The notes: generated by a model from the letters alone, not told the origin. Numbered from the whole stretch's first letter, positions 20,305-31,828 are shown. The stretch is DNA of 63,988 bases, filler included, from Saprolegnia diclina VS20 (GCF_000281045.1; 7 parts of 2 records of this genome joined end to end with filler, not necessarily neighbours in it), one strand, 5' to 3'. Program-made: numbers and translations.

Positions 20305-22488
20305 CTATGGGTCTGACTCGGCGCTGCTTTTCGAGAGCGCGGTCGACGTGCGGTGTCGGTACTCGACGAGGTCGACGACGGCTTGTGCAAACTTGTGCAT
20401 GGCTTGAATGTGTTGGGCGTGGAAGCGCAGGCGCGGCGCCGTATCGGCGATCGTGACGGTCCCGAGCAAAATGCCTTCGAGCGTCACAATGGGCATCCCG
20501 ACAAAGAACCGAATGCTCTCTTTGCCGAGGACGCGGGGCGATTCTTTGAAGCGCACGTCCACGGACGCGTCGGGCACGATCGTCGGCTCGTCGAGCGACT
20601 GCAGCGTCGCCAGGTTGAGCTCGCAGCGCGACGGAATCGTGGTCGGAATGTACCCGGTGCCGGCGACGCCTTTGAGCATGAACGCCTCCTTGTAGATGAG
20701 GCACACGGCGGCGTGCGCGACCTCGAGCTCGTCGAGCGCTTGGGCACAGAGCGCATCGTGGTACGGTGTTGAACCCATGTCCAAACACGCGCTTTCCCGA
20801 AGCGCGTCGATCGCGCTGCTTTGGATGCTCGTGCGCGCGTCGCTCTCGAGCACGATCGACGACGGCTGGTGCGACGACGCCAGAAACGACGACGTCGGCG
20901 ACGACAACGGCGACAACTCGTCGTTTGAGATGTACGTGTTCGTGTCCCAAGGGTACTCGTCCACGGGTTTTCGCCGGGATGGGTGGTTGCAGCTGCCGCA
21001 GACGAGCAGGTCGAACGTCGAGAGGCTGCCGCGCCGTGTCGTGACCGCCTGCGGCGACACGCACGCGCGGCAAAAGAGCTGGCTACAGACGCCACACGGG
21101 TGCAGCGGCCCCCGCGCCTGTGCGCATTGTGTGCACGGCGTGTCTCTCGAAGGCTCAAAGCGCGACGCATTGGGTGCTTGCACGATCGAGACGCCCCAGC
21201 TGCTCTCGCTCCAGTTGCCATCGTCGTCGTCCAGCGTCTCCTGGGCGTACGCGGGCGCGACCGTGCTTGCGACGTCGTGCTGGACGGCGTCGACGCAGGC
21301 GCAGCAGATCGGGACGCGAAACTCGAGTCCATTTGGACTCTCGACGTCCTCCATGGCCGTGCACTCGTGGCATGTCGGAGCGAGACACACGCTGCAGATA
21401 AGCGGCCGCCGGAAGAAATGAAAGACCTTGGTGCAGACACGGCACGCAGCGTCGAGCGTCAACGGCACATCCGGTCGGCGCTCGACGTGCAGCTGGCGGG
21501 AGCCAAGCCGCTTCCGCAGCAGCGTCTGCTGGACCACGAGAATGTTTTCGCCGATGCTCTCGAGCCGCGACCGGACGTCGGCCGACGACGCGAGCTGCGG
21601 CGGGTACACGCAATGCTCGGCGTAGAACGAAAGGCGCACCGACTTGGGCGACGTCGCTTCCAAATGCAAGCCAAAGAGAACGTGTGTGTACCGCGGGAGG
21701 ATCGTGGTCGCGTTGAGCTTTGTTGGGTGGCTTCCGCTGTCGATGGATTTGCAAATCCGGCCAAACGAAGTAGCCGAGAGCGGCTCCATGTGGTCGAGGA
21801 AGAAGAGCTCCTTGAGGTTGCGCCCGAGGCCGCGCTCGCGAAACCACGCCTTGCGCACGCTGCAATTGAGGTCGTTGTCCGTGTAGACGAGCCGCGCGAG
21901 CTCGAGCCGCTGCAAATCGTCGCCAAAGATGCGGTACAAGAGCATGTCGCCGTTGTTGCCAGCAATAAGGTCTTGCACTTCGCTGAGCTTGGCCGCGATC
22001 TCCAAGCTCGACGTCACCGTGTACAGCTGCGTGCGCTGGTTGTACGTTGCTACGAGCCGCGACGGTTCGTGCACCGCGAGCACCGACTCGTCCCGGTCGG
22101 TCGTGTTGCGCCGCGCTTCAAACGACGCGCGCGACGAGCACTCGCGCTGGAGACGACGCAGTGCGTCCTGGCCACGCTCGACTAACTGCATGCGCGACGA
22201 TGTCTCGACGTTGTCGAGGAGCGCCCATGGCCACGTGCTCCGGTTCGCGGCGCCGCGGTCGTCGTTACTGCTCGTGAGGTTGCTCAGTGGTCGCCGGGTG
22301 GCCGTGCGCACCGTCACGCGGCGTGTGGCGGCTGTCGGCGCCGGCTCGCACCGGCGAAGCGGGTGCGCCATCGAGTTGACGGCCTCGTCGTGCGCTGGCG
22401 TTGTTGCGCCTGTCTTGCGCGACTTGCCTGTCTTCCAGAGGCTACGCGCCCATCCCAGAAGGTGTTTGTCCTCGCTGCGCTGGCTCAT
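20305..22488 (-). CDS. START-like + 2x FYVE-like zinc finger + GAF domain protein (paralog of 17063..19915)
   Basis: CRVCTKVFHFFRRPLICSVC; second finger CTQC..CGVC..CRAC..CGSC; GAF motif DVRFKESPRVLGKESIRFFVGMPIVTLEGILLGTVTIAD. Confidence 0.8.
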   Translation of the reverse strand: MSQRSEDKHLLGWARSLWKTGKSRKTGATTPAHDEAVNSMAHPLRRCEPAPTAATRRVTVRTATRRPLSNLTSSNDDRGAANRSTWPWALLDNVETSSRMQLVERGQDALRRLQRECSSRASFEARRNTTDRDESVLAVHEPSRLVATYNQRTQLYTVTSSLEIAAKLSEVQDLIAGNNGDMLLYRIFGDDLQRLELARLVYTDNDLNCSVRKAWFRERGLGRNLKELFFLDHMEPLSATSFGRICKSIDSGSHPTKLNATTILPRYTHVLFGLHLEATSPKSVRLSFYAEHCVYPPQLASSADVRSRLESIGENILVVQQTLLRKRLGSRQLHVERRPDVPLTLDAACRVCTKVFHFFRRPLICSVCLAPTCHECTAMEDVESPNGLEFRVPICCACVDAVQHDVASTVAPAYAQETLDDDDGNWSESSWGVSIVQAPNASRFEPSRDTPCTQCAQARGPLHPCGVCSQLFCRACVSPQAVTTRRGSLSTFDLLVCGSCNHPSRRKPVDEYPWDTNTYISNDELSPLSSPTSSFLASSHQPSSIVLESDARTSIQSSAIDALRESACLDMGSTPYHDALCAQALDELEVAHAAVCLIYKEAFMLKGVAGTGYIPTTIPSRCELNLATLQSLDEPTIVPDASVDVRFKESPRVLGKESIRFFVGMPIVTLEGILLGTVTIADTAPRLRFHAQHIQAMHKFAQAVVDLVEYRHRTSTALSKSSAESDP

Positions 22489-22523
22489 GGGTAGTACAAC
22501 ACTGGGCAAGCCGCTGAAGAAGG

Positions 22524-22569
22524 TGGTGTCGTCGGCGCAGTCACGTTGGTGTCGTCGGCGCAGTCACGT
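22524..22569. repeat. Perfect 23-bp tandem duplication just upstream of the FYVE-GAF start codon
   Basis: TGGTGTCGTCGGCGCAGTCACGT occurs twice in tandem. Confidence 0.85.
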
Positions 22570-23567
22570 TGGTCAACGCTCAATGTACAGTGTACCTGGC
22601 GCCCTCAGTCGCGAAATGGTTGCGTGCTTTTTTGTATCCTAAAATGCACCCATGCCGAATTTCAGAGTCGAAAACCGGTTTCTATGCACCGAAAAGCCGA
22701 ATTGTGCATTGAAATTCGGATATCAGGCCTGAATGGACAAACGTCAATGTCGGACAGGCGCCATCAAGTACTGTTCAATGCGCGGGGCTGTGAAGGCGCT
22801 AACGTTGGTACCGTGGGCGACGGCGCCTTGTGGCACCAAACGGTTGGTGCGTGGCGTCTAGCCTGCACTGTACTTGCTATCAACGCATCAGTGCCGCTGT
22901 CGCTTCTGTGCGGCGTGTGGTAAAAGGCTTGTGTAACAAGCGAGCGCATCCGACGCGTGCGGAGGCCCGAAGCGTTCCTACGAGTTCGATGATTCCAAGG
23001 ACGTACAATGCACGACCGCCACTCGCACCTTGCCACGCGTCCGTGTGCGCCACATCTGCCGACCGCTTTGGAGAGGCAAGGGTTGTGCATCTGGGTAGTA
23101 TAGATAAGCTTGCAGCTCTAGACAGGCATTTGTTGAGGGCAATTGCACAGCAACCGTCTTCTTGGGACGCACGTAAGTCAAGTCAAAGTATGTTTACACA
23201 AGGAATCCAACTTCCCTTGGTTTCACGCATTTCAAGTCCGTGTCAGGAAAGTGCAGCCAGCAATAATACCGGTACAAATGTAGTACGACAACACTATGCA
23301 TATAGTACTCGACACGGAGAGACCACTTGTGTACCTGGTATCCGTGCAAGGCTCTTGTTTTAACCCACCTCGCTTTGCAAAGCCAAACGGACAGTCGAGT
23401 GCCAGCCTCGTCATCGTCCAACCCAGGTGCAGACGAGGGGAGTTGCCACATGATTTACGATGTGTGGGCCACATTTTGTGCACTCATTCTCATTCACAGA
23501 AAATAAGCTCAAGTATATGGTTAGAGTGTATGGGGCTCAGTGAGGCACGGACGATGGGGCGTTGGGG

Positions 23568-24635
23568 TTATTCCTTGGCGTCGGCGGTGGTCGAAAGCGA
23601 CGTCAACATGGGCGCGTGCGGGTTGCGTATCCACGGTGGACGCACGACAAAGTAGATGCTGTTGTCGCCGGGCTTGACGTTCCAGTCCTCCACGACCTAC
23701 ACCCGTAGTTGCATACTCCCCAGTGCTTTGGTTCGTTAGTGTACCTTGTGCAGCTGGAACTTGGCCATGAGGCGGTGGCTATTCGCAAAGACATTCATGT
23801 ACGCAGTCAGCGCATGCTCGAGGCCTCCGACTGTGTCCAGATCAAACTGGATCTACGCCATTGTGTCCATAGCATGCTCCTAACGCTTGTGGACCGCACA
23901 ACGTGTCGTACCGCAATGTTGCCGTCGTCGGTGGGCGCCACGACCACCTTGCAGTCCTCCCAGTCGTTGGCGATCACTTCGTGGAGCTCTTTAATGAGGT
24001 CGGGGAGCAGCTTCTTGGTCGGCGCGTCGCCAATCGGCTTGGCCGCACCGCTCGGCACAAAGTCGTGGTAGAGAATTTTCTTCTTCTCAATCCATCGCTC
24101 GCGCACAGCGATGTCATGCGCGTCGTCGTAGTAGACGTCCATATGTGGGTAGACAAAACTCTTGTCTTCAAAGCCGTCTTCGTACTTGAGTTTCTTGGCG
24201 TTGCTGCTGCACACAAAGTCCTTGCCGCCAATCTGATATCGCTTTGCCTCCGACTCGAGACGCTCCTAGCCAGTATCATGATGCGAAAATTTATATTTGT
24301 TGGCGCCGTACCGCGCGGTGGAGCTCGTCGCTGAGGTTGAAGCGCGACGGCGTGTACTCAAACTGGTTGAAGAGGCCGTTTTTCGTCACGATCTTGGGCG
24401 GCGCCTTGAGCACAACGGCCGTATGGCGGTTCTCGTCCATTGCCTCTTGCCGCGCCATGTTGACGCTGTTGGGACCGAGCCGGGAGGGCATTTTGAGCAG
24501 CGAGTGGTAGTTGCCGGTCGAGAAGGCGCTCTTGATGTGCTCGGCCTCAGCATTTGCGTACTCGGGCAATATCGACGAGAAGTTGGGGAGCATGTAGTGG
24601 GGTACCCCGCCCTCCTCGTCGCTTGCTTGGTTCAT
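23568..24635 (-). CDS. Hypothetical protein (multi-exon)
   Basis: ORF pieces 24291..24635 and 23807..24214 with coding-like composition, short introns, and a terminal exon VVEDWNVKPGDNSIYFVVRPPW...AKE*. Confidence 0.6.
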
Positions 24636-25357
24636 TGCACAAAACCTGTGTCAACCGGTTAGGCAGCGATGACGCATCTAAAAATAGTAGCCAATCCACG
24701 ACGCGTGTCAACCGTGAGGTGGTAAATTGCGTGTGTTGCGTGTAAAATAAAAATCACATGAGAAAGCGCGCGATCAGATCTGGTTTGGCGCGAGCATCTG
24801 GCGCGCAAGGCAGAACCGTCATCGTGCACAACCTATGGATGCATTTGGTTTGCACATCAGGATGCCACGCGAGGACGATGTGCGTGGTGGTAGCTGGTCG
24901 TAGAGTCATCTGGTCGACCGTGCAATGGCGCTAAAAGCTGCACTGATGCCCCAGAAAATAGTTGTTGGAGCTTTTCATGACAAATGCGGTAGTATCTGGA
25001 GGTGCAGTCAACTTGGTAGCTAGTACAGCGTGCGCGGTATCCGCATCGTACATGGCGTGCAAGCAGAGAGTGCGTTCGCTCACCACGAACGCACTTGCAC
25101 AAGGCTTGTCAGGTCGCTGAAGAAGGTGCACGCGTGCTTTTAGCAATCAAGGCAACGATAGAAACCGCGCAGTACTGGTAGTTCGTACCCAAGCACCACG
25201 CTCCTCGACAGTGGCGTCGAGAAAAAGAAAAGCTGATTGTTCCAATCCATCCGAAATGGTTGATAGCGCGCATTTCTTGCGCGGTGCTCGCTTCCGAGTA
25301 GTAGCTAGGTCTATAAACAGAGCTGTTCATACCCTTGGTAGTGGTGCCTCACGTGCC

Positions 25358-25457
25358 NNNNNNNNNNNNNNNNNNNNNNNNNNNNNNNNNNNNNNNNNNN
25401 NTTAATTAATTAANNNNNNNNNNNNNNNNNNNNNNNNNNNNNNNNNNNNNNNNNNNN
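25358..25457. other. Artificial contig linker (N44-TTAATTAATTAA-N44)
   Basis: 100-nt spacer with stops in all six frames, identical at six sites. Confidence 0.97.
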
Positions 25458-26084
25458 CTCGTCCAGATCTACGAGGCCAAGTTTACGGTATCGTACCTGC
25501 TCTTGGCGACAGAGTACTGTCCGAACGGCGACCTATTGGACTACAGCAGAGCCAACGCGCCGCTGCTGCTCCAGACGATCCAAAAGTTCACCTGGCAGAT
25601 CGCCGCCGGCCTCGGTGCGCTCCACGCAGCTGGCGTCGTGCACCGCGACATCAAGTACCTAACACTATTCTTTATAAGGGTATCGCGAAATCCTCGCTTT
25701 CCCACCGCGAAGCAGCGCATTACGTGCTACAGTCTTGGTGTCAAGGATTCATTCATTTTTGTGCATCTTGGTCGTCTCATTCTCGTAGCATTTCTGCATG
25801 CAGATCGATGTTTGGGCCTTGGGTATTATTTTCGCGAGGTTTCGGCACATGCGGCCCGCGCGATCGACATTCCTGCCTACACACCAGTCGCGCTGCACGA
25901 TTTCATTGCCGGTATGCAGGAGCCCGAGCCGGACCGCCGCCTGTCGACAGCCGAGGTCGCCGCCCACGCGGCGCTCGCGTCGCTCCAAGTCGAAACCAGT
26001 AACCGCGCTGCGTTGAGTCGTAACGTAAACTATGAAATGAATGCCACTGCCATGCATTGCATCCAGAGAGCTTGCACTCTTTAG
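25458..26084 (+). pseudogene. Partial, degenerate copy of the Ser/Thr kinase at 27310
   Basis: First ~70 nt match 27511-27581 exactly. HRDIK is present, but no DFG/APE segment is visible before IDVWALGIIF, and a frameshift follows. 5' end lies in the gap. Confidence 0.6.
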
Positions 26085-26342
26085 GCGTCGTGAGGCTAGG
26101 CAGGTCCGACGACGCAGGTCGTTAATTCTGCATGTACCTATGGACTCCCTTCAAGCACACCTACATCCAACAATACCAGTACAAATGACAACCTTGACGC
26201 AACGGGCTGGCGCAAAGGTGCGTTGTTGGTCGGTCATCTCAATTCGAAATCGTCAGCCAAAAGCAGCAGCAATGACCCGATACTTTCGACAAGAGGTCCG
26301 GTGGCGTATCTTCTCCTTTATGTGTACGGGGACCCCGGTACA

Positions 26343-26577
26343 GTAGATGATGGGCAACACATGATCGATACATGTCGAGGTTTGTAGCGGCATACATATG
26401 TTCATATTCTTCTGGGTGCCGAACGAAGTGAAAACGCAGGGTATACAAACTCCGGGTTCAAATCCCCTCAGTACCCAATTTTCAGCACCGCAGTACGATC
26501 GACAACACGCAAGGACAAGGTCACCGAGGTACACATAATGCATCCGCCTCTAGTCCACGCCTCATGCTCGCTACAGA
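26343..26577 (+). mobile_element. Dispersed repeat copy 1, SINE/tRNA-derived-like
   Basis: Near-identical reverse complement of 42653..42887; contains B-box-like GGTTCAAATCC; cut off by the gap. Confidence 0.55.
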
Positions 26578-26677
26578 NNNNNNNNNNNNNNNNNNNNNNN
26601 NNNNNNNNNNNNNNNNNNNNNTTAATTAATTAANNNNNNNNNNNNNNNNNNNNNNNNNNNNNNNNNNNNNNNNNNNN
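26578..26677. other. Artificial contig linker
   Basis: N44-TTAATTAATTAA-N44. Confidence 0.97.
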
Positions 26678-27309
26678 CGGACGTCGTCGGCTGCACCGAG
26701 CGCCTTTGGGTCGTCGCGAGCTTGTCGCATGCGGCGCGCCAGCGTCGCCGAAGCGCCTCGGCTTGCAGGTCCCGTAGCTCGTGGCGTCTTCGTGAAGCCG
26801 ATTGGTTTGGTGATGTTGGCAAACGGCACGCATGCCATTGGATGAAATCCTGTGTATGACAACGACATTTGATTCGCTCTAATAAGTCCAGGGTTGCGAT
26901 GCGATTGGCCTAGAACACTATTTACACAACAAGCTAGTCACTAAGCAGCACACATCACCACGGCCAGCCCGCCAAACCAGCTTGACCGTCATACGTCTAT
27001 CTTGTCGTCGCCGGTGTTCTGCCGCCTCGCTCGTTGCTAGAGAGACTCACTGATTGCGTGGGCGATATGCGTCTCATCTCATCTCAACGCCTTGCCTTGA
27101 GCAGTCCAAGGCCTCTTGGTTTGGGTTTCGGGTCTATGAGGTGCAGCCCGCCATCTCTCAACCCTCGCTACGACACGCCACCAATGCTACCTCGTGTAGG
27201 AACTCGTTCATAGTCCATAGATCCCTTTGTAGAGGCGAGAACCAACATGCTTTTACGCCAACACTTCTTGTGAATATATGCATATTGGTAAAAAGTGCAG
27301 CACGCGAGC

Positions 27310-28163
27310 ATGAGCATGACGTGGACATCGCCTTGGACTGCCTACGAGGCTCTCAAGCTGGTTGGGGCGGGCGGCTACGGCCAGGTCTATCTCGCCCGCC
27401 ACGTCGCCACCGACCACATCGTTGCGCTCAAGGCCTTGCCGCTTGCGACCAGCGACCCTGCAAGCGCTCGGCGCGAGATCGAGATTGCTGCCCACGTGCG
27501 CCACCCCAACCTCGTCCAGATCTACGAGGCCAAGTTTACGGTATCGTACCTGCTCTTGGCGACAGAGTACTGTCCGAACGGTGACCTATTCGACTACAAC
27601 CAAACCTACCAGCCGCTGCCGATCCGGACGATCCGCAAGTTCACGGGGCAGATCGCGGCCGGCCTCGGTGCGCTCCACGCTGCTCACGTCGTGCACCGCG
27701 ACATCAAGCCCGAAAACATCTACGTCGACTACAACGTACGTATATACCCTCATCGGATACTCGAGGCTCATGCGGCGTAGGAGAACATCAAGATTGGCGA
27801 CTTTGGCATGGCGATCGTTTCCCAACGCCCGCGCCATGACGACCATTGCGGTAGTTTGGCGTTTCAAGCGCCAGAGCTCCTTCGCAAGGAGTCCTACGAC
27901 CATTCGGTACGCCTCGTATACCCTCCATGGCTTCTCATGATGTGCACTAGATCGACGTATGGGCCGCAGGCGTCGTGCTCTACGAGCTGCTGACGTCCGA
28001 GTCGCCCTTCATCAACCGGTCCAGCATACTCCGTGGCGAGTTTGAAATGCCCGAGTACGCGTCGCCGCTCTTGCAAGACCTCCTTCGCGGTATGCTTGCG
28101 GTCGACCCACGTCGCCGCCTGTCGGCCGCCGCGATCGCCGCTCATCCCTGGCTCACGTCGTAG
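27310..28163 (+). CDS. Ser/Thr protein kinase (CAMK/Aurora-like), kinase domain only, 3 exons
   Basis: GAGGYG, VALK, HRDIKPEN, DFG, APE and DVWA motifs; introns 27736-27780 and 27907-27950. Confidence 0.9.
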
Positions 28164-28342
28164 GAGAGAGACGAAGTGTTGGATCAAACATATCGCCAAC
28201 GAATATACTCTCAAAGTGTTGTATCGATGGAATTGCCTAGTTTTAGGGTTGGATTAACCAAAGATGAATTCTCAGAGTGGATTCGCTCTCGAAAAGCGTA
28301 TTTCGCTCGTTGCGTCGCGAGAAATACCACATTTGACGAACC

Positions 28343-28416
28343 AAACGCCATATTTGGCGCCAAATCCTCATGTGAAACGTCACAAATACAGAAACTCCTG
28401 CGAGCGATTGCATTGC
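28343..28416 (+). repeat. Diverged copy of the ~105-bp repeat at 44111/44295
   Basis: Shares AACGCCATATTTGGCGCCAAA ... TGAAA.GTC ... AATACAGAAACT ... GCGATTGCATTGCGG. Confidence 0.6.
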
Positions 28417-28613
28417 GGGGGAGTTTCTTCTGGCGTACGTGCAACGACGCCGCGTGTTTTCCAGTCGTCGGCGTCGACGATCCCGGGAAGAGTTGAAAGG
28501 TTGATACTTTGCTATATGAAAACACAAATACTATTACTCGTCCTTAGTCGACGACGTCAATCGCAGCCCTCGTCGCTCATTCCATCTGAGCACGCTGTGT
28601 AGCGTAGCGTCGC

Positions 28614-30872
28614 TCACGCGTCTTTCCTCCGAATGTAGCCGCTCGAGCAAAACGACGGCTTGCAGACAAAGTGGCGGCCCACCGTGCGGAACGAGCCCTT
28701 CTTCAGGAGCAGGTACCCGACGGTCGCAAAGCCAAAGATCGCGGCAATAGCGCCGTCGCGGATGCGCAGCACCAAGTCCTCGGCGTTGTGCAGCGAGAGC
28801 GAGACGCCAATCACCATGAGCGCGACAACCGCCATCTCCATGAGGAGGTGGAAGAAGCTGTGCTGCTGCTGCATCGTAAACGGCGAGTCGGCGCGGCGGT
28901 CGACCGCGTAGTTGCCCACAAAGAGGTCCATCGCGTCTTGCCGAATGCCATCGGAAAAGTTGTTGAGGTAGTAGCGCGTGACCGAGTTGACACCGTCCTG
29001 GATCGCACCGGCCAGCGTCCGCTTCCCCGTGCGCGTAAAGTCCGTCTTGAGCGCGCCGGTACCCGCGTACATGACCGAGACCGCGTCCGCGTTGTCTGCC
29101 CACGCATTCTTAAACTGGAGCTCAAACGCCTCAAAGGGCGAGTCGAGCCAGTTGGTGATATTCGCCGTGTTGACGTTGAGCGCTTGGAGCATCGCGCGGC
29201 GGCCAATGAGGCTCATGACCACGTTCGTACGGTCAAGGTTGTCCATGCAGTTGACGCGGAAGACGCCCTTTTGCTTCTTGAGGACGCGGCCGTCGCGGTC
29301 GGCTTCAAACCAGTCGTACTTTGAGAAGCAGTCGTTGACCTGGTCCATGAGCTTGGAGAGGTTGCCCCACTGCATCTTGCGGCACTCGTGGTGGAAGTCA
29401 AACCACACGTACGTGATCGGCTCGGCAAACAAACTCGGCTTGGGCGAGAGCGCAGCGGGCGGCGACACCGTCTCGACCGAAGGCGTCGACCGGCGGAAGC
29501 GCAGGCGCGGCGACGGCGGAATGAGACCCCCCGAGTCGCCGAGAAAGCTGCCCGAGCGATCGCTGCGCTCGAGCGGCTTGTCGTCGTCCAGCGACGAGCT
29601 CGCAGTCTGCAGCGGCGACGGCGCCGACCCGTCTACCGACTGCGCATTGTACTTCTTCGCGTACTTTTGATACGCGGTGCCGAGCTGCGCTTGGTCGCGG
29701 ACCGTCGCGCTCTTGCCGGCCTTGTCGATGAGGTTGACGACAGTGATGTGCCCGTACTTGGCAATGATCTGGTCGAAGTGGGCGCGGAACGCGAGCTCGT
29801 TCCAGTCGACGATCGACTCGGACGAGCTAAAGGCGTAGCGCGTCCGGGGCATGTATTTGAGCGTGACCATTTGGTCCCAGTAGAGAGGGATCGAGCCGCG
29901 GATCTGCACGTACGAGCTAATGCCGCCGTCCGGCTTGCGCATGAGCACCTCGGTCTCGGCAAAGTTGGCCGTGTGGCCGTCCTTGTCGACTCCACGGACG
30001 TTGAAGCGCGTGCCGATGCGCCGCCAGCTGCGGCGCGTGAAGAAGAAAAAGTCGAAAGCGGGTACGTCCGCGCTCAATTTGACGTTGGGCATGACCTTGA
30101 CGTAGCCGTTGATGACCGGGACGATCCACTTTTCGAGCTTGAGCTTGGAGCGGAAGAAGGGCTCGAGCACCGGCTTGTTCCAGAAGAAACCTTCGTCGGC
30201 GCGCAAATGCATCGGCAGCTTGAGGCCCGATGTGCCAAACCGGCGCTGCGCCGAGAGCGTCAAGTGATACTCGAACGAGTAGTAAAAGAGCTGTGACTTG
30301 CCCATTGTTGAGAGCATGTTGAGGTACACGGCTTCGTCGTGCTTCTCCTGCTTCGTTGCCGTCGAGAGAAACTGGCGGTGCAGCGTCTCCGAGACCGGGA
30401 TGAACTCGAGCTCCGTCATCTGGTAGAGCACCTCGCCGCCGGGGCCCTTGCCGACGACGCGGCTCTTCTTCATAAACGCCATGTGCGGCCCCGAGAGGAG
30501 ACTATAGACACCATAGATGGCGTCGACGGGAATCGGCGGCGAGTCGTTGTCGTCCGGCACGCGCGCGACCTCGTCGAGGTCGACGAGCCCTTGGTACGGC
30601 GCGGACGTCGGCGCGGCGCCCTTGGCGGCCGAGAGGGGCGCTTCCGACGACGCGGGGCGCATGACGGGGATGCTGACCTTGAGCCATGACGACTCGCCCT
30701 TGCGGCAGTCCTCGATGAGGAGCTGGTTCGCCTTGCAGTGGACGCGGAAGAGGCTCATACTGGCCTCTGCTTGCTCGCGACGCAGCACAAATAAGAATAA
30801 GCCCCACCGCTGGGTCGTTACTTTTTCAATTCTCACCCCCTCCCCTTGAAGAGAGTCCTTGGCGAGTGCCAT
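28614..30872 (-). CDS. SAC1: SAC1-like phosphoinositide phosphatase
   Basis: RGVDKDGHTANFAETE, QIRGSIP, WFDFHHEC, CX5RT motif RVNCMDNLDRTN, YAGTGALKTDFTRTGKR, two C-terminal TM helices. Start may be 30758. Confidence 0.92.
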   Translation of the reverse strand: MALAKDSLQGEGVRIEKVTTQRWGLFLFVLRREQAEASMSLFRVHCKANQLLIEDCRKGESSWLKVSIPVMRPASSEAPLSAAKGAAPTSAPYQGLVDLDEVARVPDDNDSPPIPVDAIYGVYSLLSGPHMAFMKKSRVVGKGPGGEVLYQMTELEFIPVSETLHRQFLSTATKQEKHDEAVYLNMLSTMGKSQLFYYSFEYHLTLSAQRRFGTSGLKLPMHLRADEGFFWNKPVLEPFFRSKLKLEKWIVPVINGYVKVMPNVKLSADVPAFDFFFFTRRSWRRIGTRFNVRGVDKDGHTANFAETEVLMRKPDGGISSYVQIRGSIPLYWDQMVTLKYMPRTRYAFSSSESIVDWNELAFRAHFDQIIAKYGHITVVNLIDKAGKSATVRDQAQLGTAYQKYAKKYNAQSVDGSAPSPLQTASSSLDDDKPLERSDRSGSFLGDSGGLIPPSPRLRFRRSTPSVETVSPPAALSPKPSLFAEPITYVWFDFHHECRKMQWGNLSKLMDQVNDCFSKYDWFEADRDGRVLKKQKGVFRVNCMDNLDRTNVVMSLIGRRAMLQALNVNTANITNWLDSPFEAFELQFKNAWADNADAVSVMYAGTGALKTDFTRTGKRTLAGAIQDGVNSVTRYYLNNFSDGIRQDAMDLFVGNYAVDRRADSPFTMQQQHSFFHLLMEMAVVALMVIGVSLSLHNAEDLVLRIRDGAIAAIFGFATVGYLLLKKGSFRTVGRHFVCKPSFCSSGYIRRKDA

Positions 30873-31828
30873 TTTGTATACAAATATTGAGAGGACCTAC
30901 CAAAACGACGGGGTTTGGGTACCCCAGAAAAATCCGTGGAAGCGTCAACACGCAGGGACAGGCTAAAGCGCGTTTAAACAAAAAACACGCCACGTCCACC
31001 GTCGAGACCGTCGTTGATGCGGAAGCGTCCGTATGACAGACGCCAATTCGACCCCACGCCATGGCCTCGTCACTACCGCTAAATGCATCGATAGTCGCCT
31101 CCTCCGTTGCGACTGTGCGACCTATTTGCTAGTCAGTGGGTGTGAAAACGGACTTCTGGTCGGAGACGTAGAGGTCGATCGGCGCCCTCGGTGCCCGGCG
31201 TTGTAATGGGCAGGTCATGGCCGGCTTGGCGTGTTATCACTTTAGGTAATCCCATGGGGTAATCAACGAGTCTAAATCCTACTAGTTAGACTCGTCCTTG
31301 GGTGGAGCTTAAACCTCAGAACGACTCGACCGCTGCAAAATTGAATTCAGCGTCGTGCCACTTCTCTCAGGCGAGGTTTTCTGCACGCGCGGTTACGTGG
31401 CAAACACCAATACGCTTGCAACGTTGGTCACACGTTTAAACGCGTTAAACCTCCTCATGGGTTTTAGTCGCTGACGTAACGCCGTCGCATTGGTAACAAG
31501 CCGCGACTTCAGCAGCAAAGTCGCCTACGCGCCGACCGCCGCCTCGATGCTGGCGCCGAGGCCGGGCAAAGGCCGACTGCATGGACGGTCAGCGCGGCTG
31601 CGCAATGTAGGATCGCGACTGCACTTCAAGTATCGTCATCACCAGCGACGATATAGACCTGCCCCCGTCATCGCTTTGGACGCAGCCGCGCATGGCCATG
31701 GCAGTGCCACGCATGACGCGTGCGCTATCGCCGCATCATCATCCACGCAGGCCACATGCCCATCGTGCAATTGCATGCATCCATCTCAGTACCATGGTAA
31801 TCGTGTAGTATTAGTCGCTGTACACTAA

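Noticed and set aside
25358..25457. TTAATTAATTAA flanked by N runs, repeated six times
   Set aside because: Six-frame-stop assembly linker, not a biological repeat.
26415..26476. Functional tRNA gene
   Set aside because: B-box-like motif present, but only about 61 nt with no convincing D or anticodon arms and a mismatched T-stem.
31266..31295. 10-bp perfect inverted repeat ACGAGTCTAA/TTAGACTCGT
   Set aside because: A single short hairpin with no other support; could be chance.
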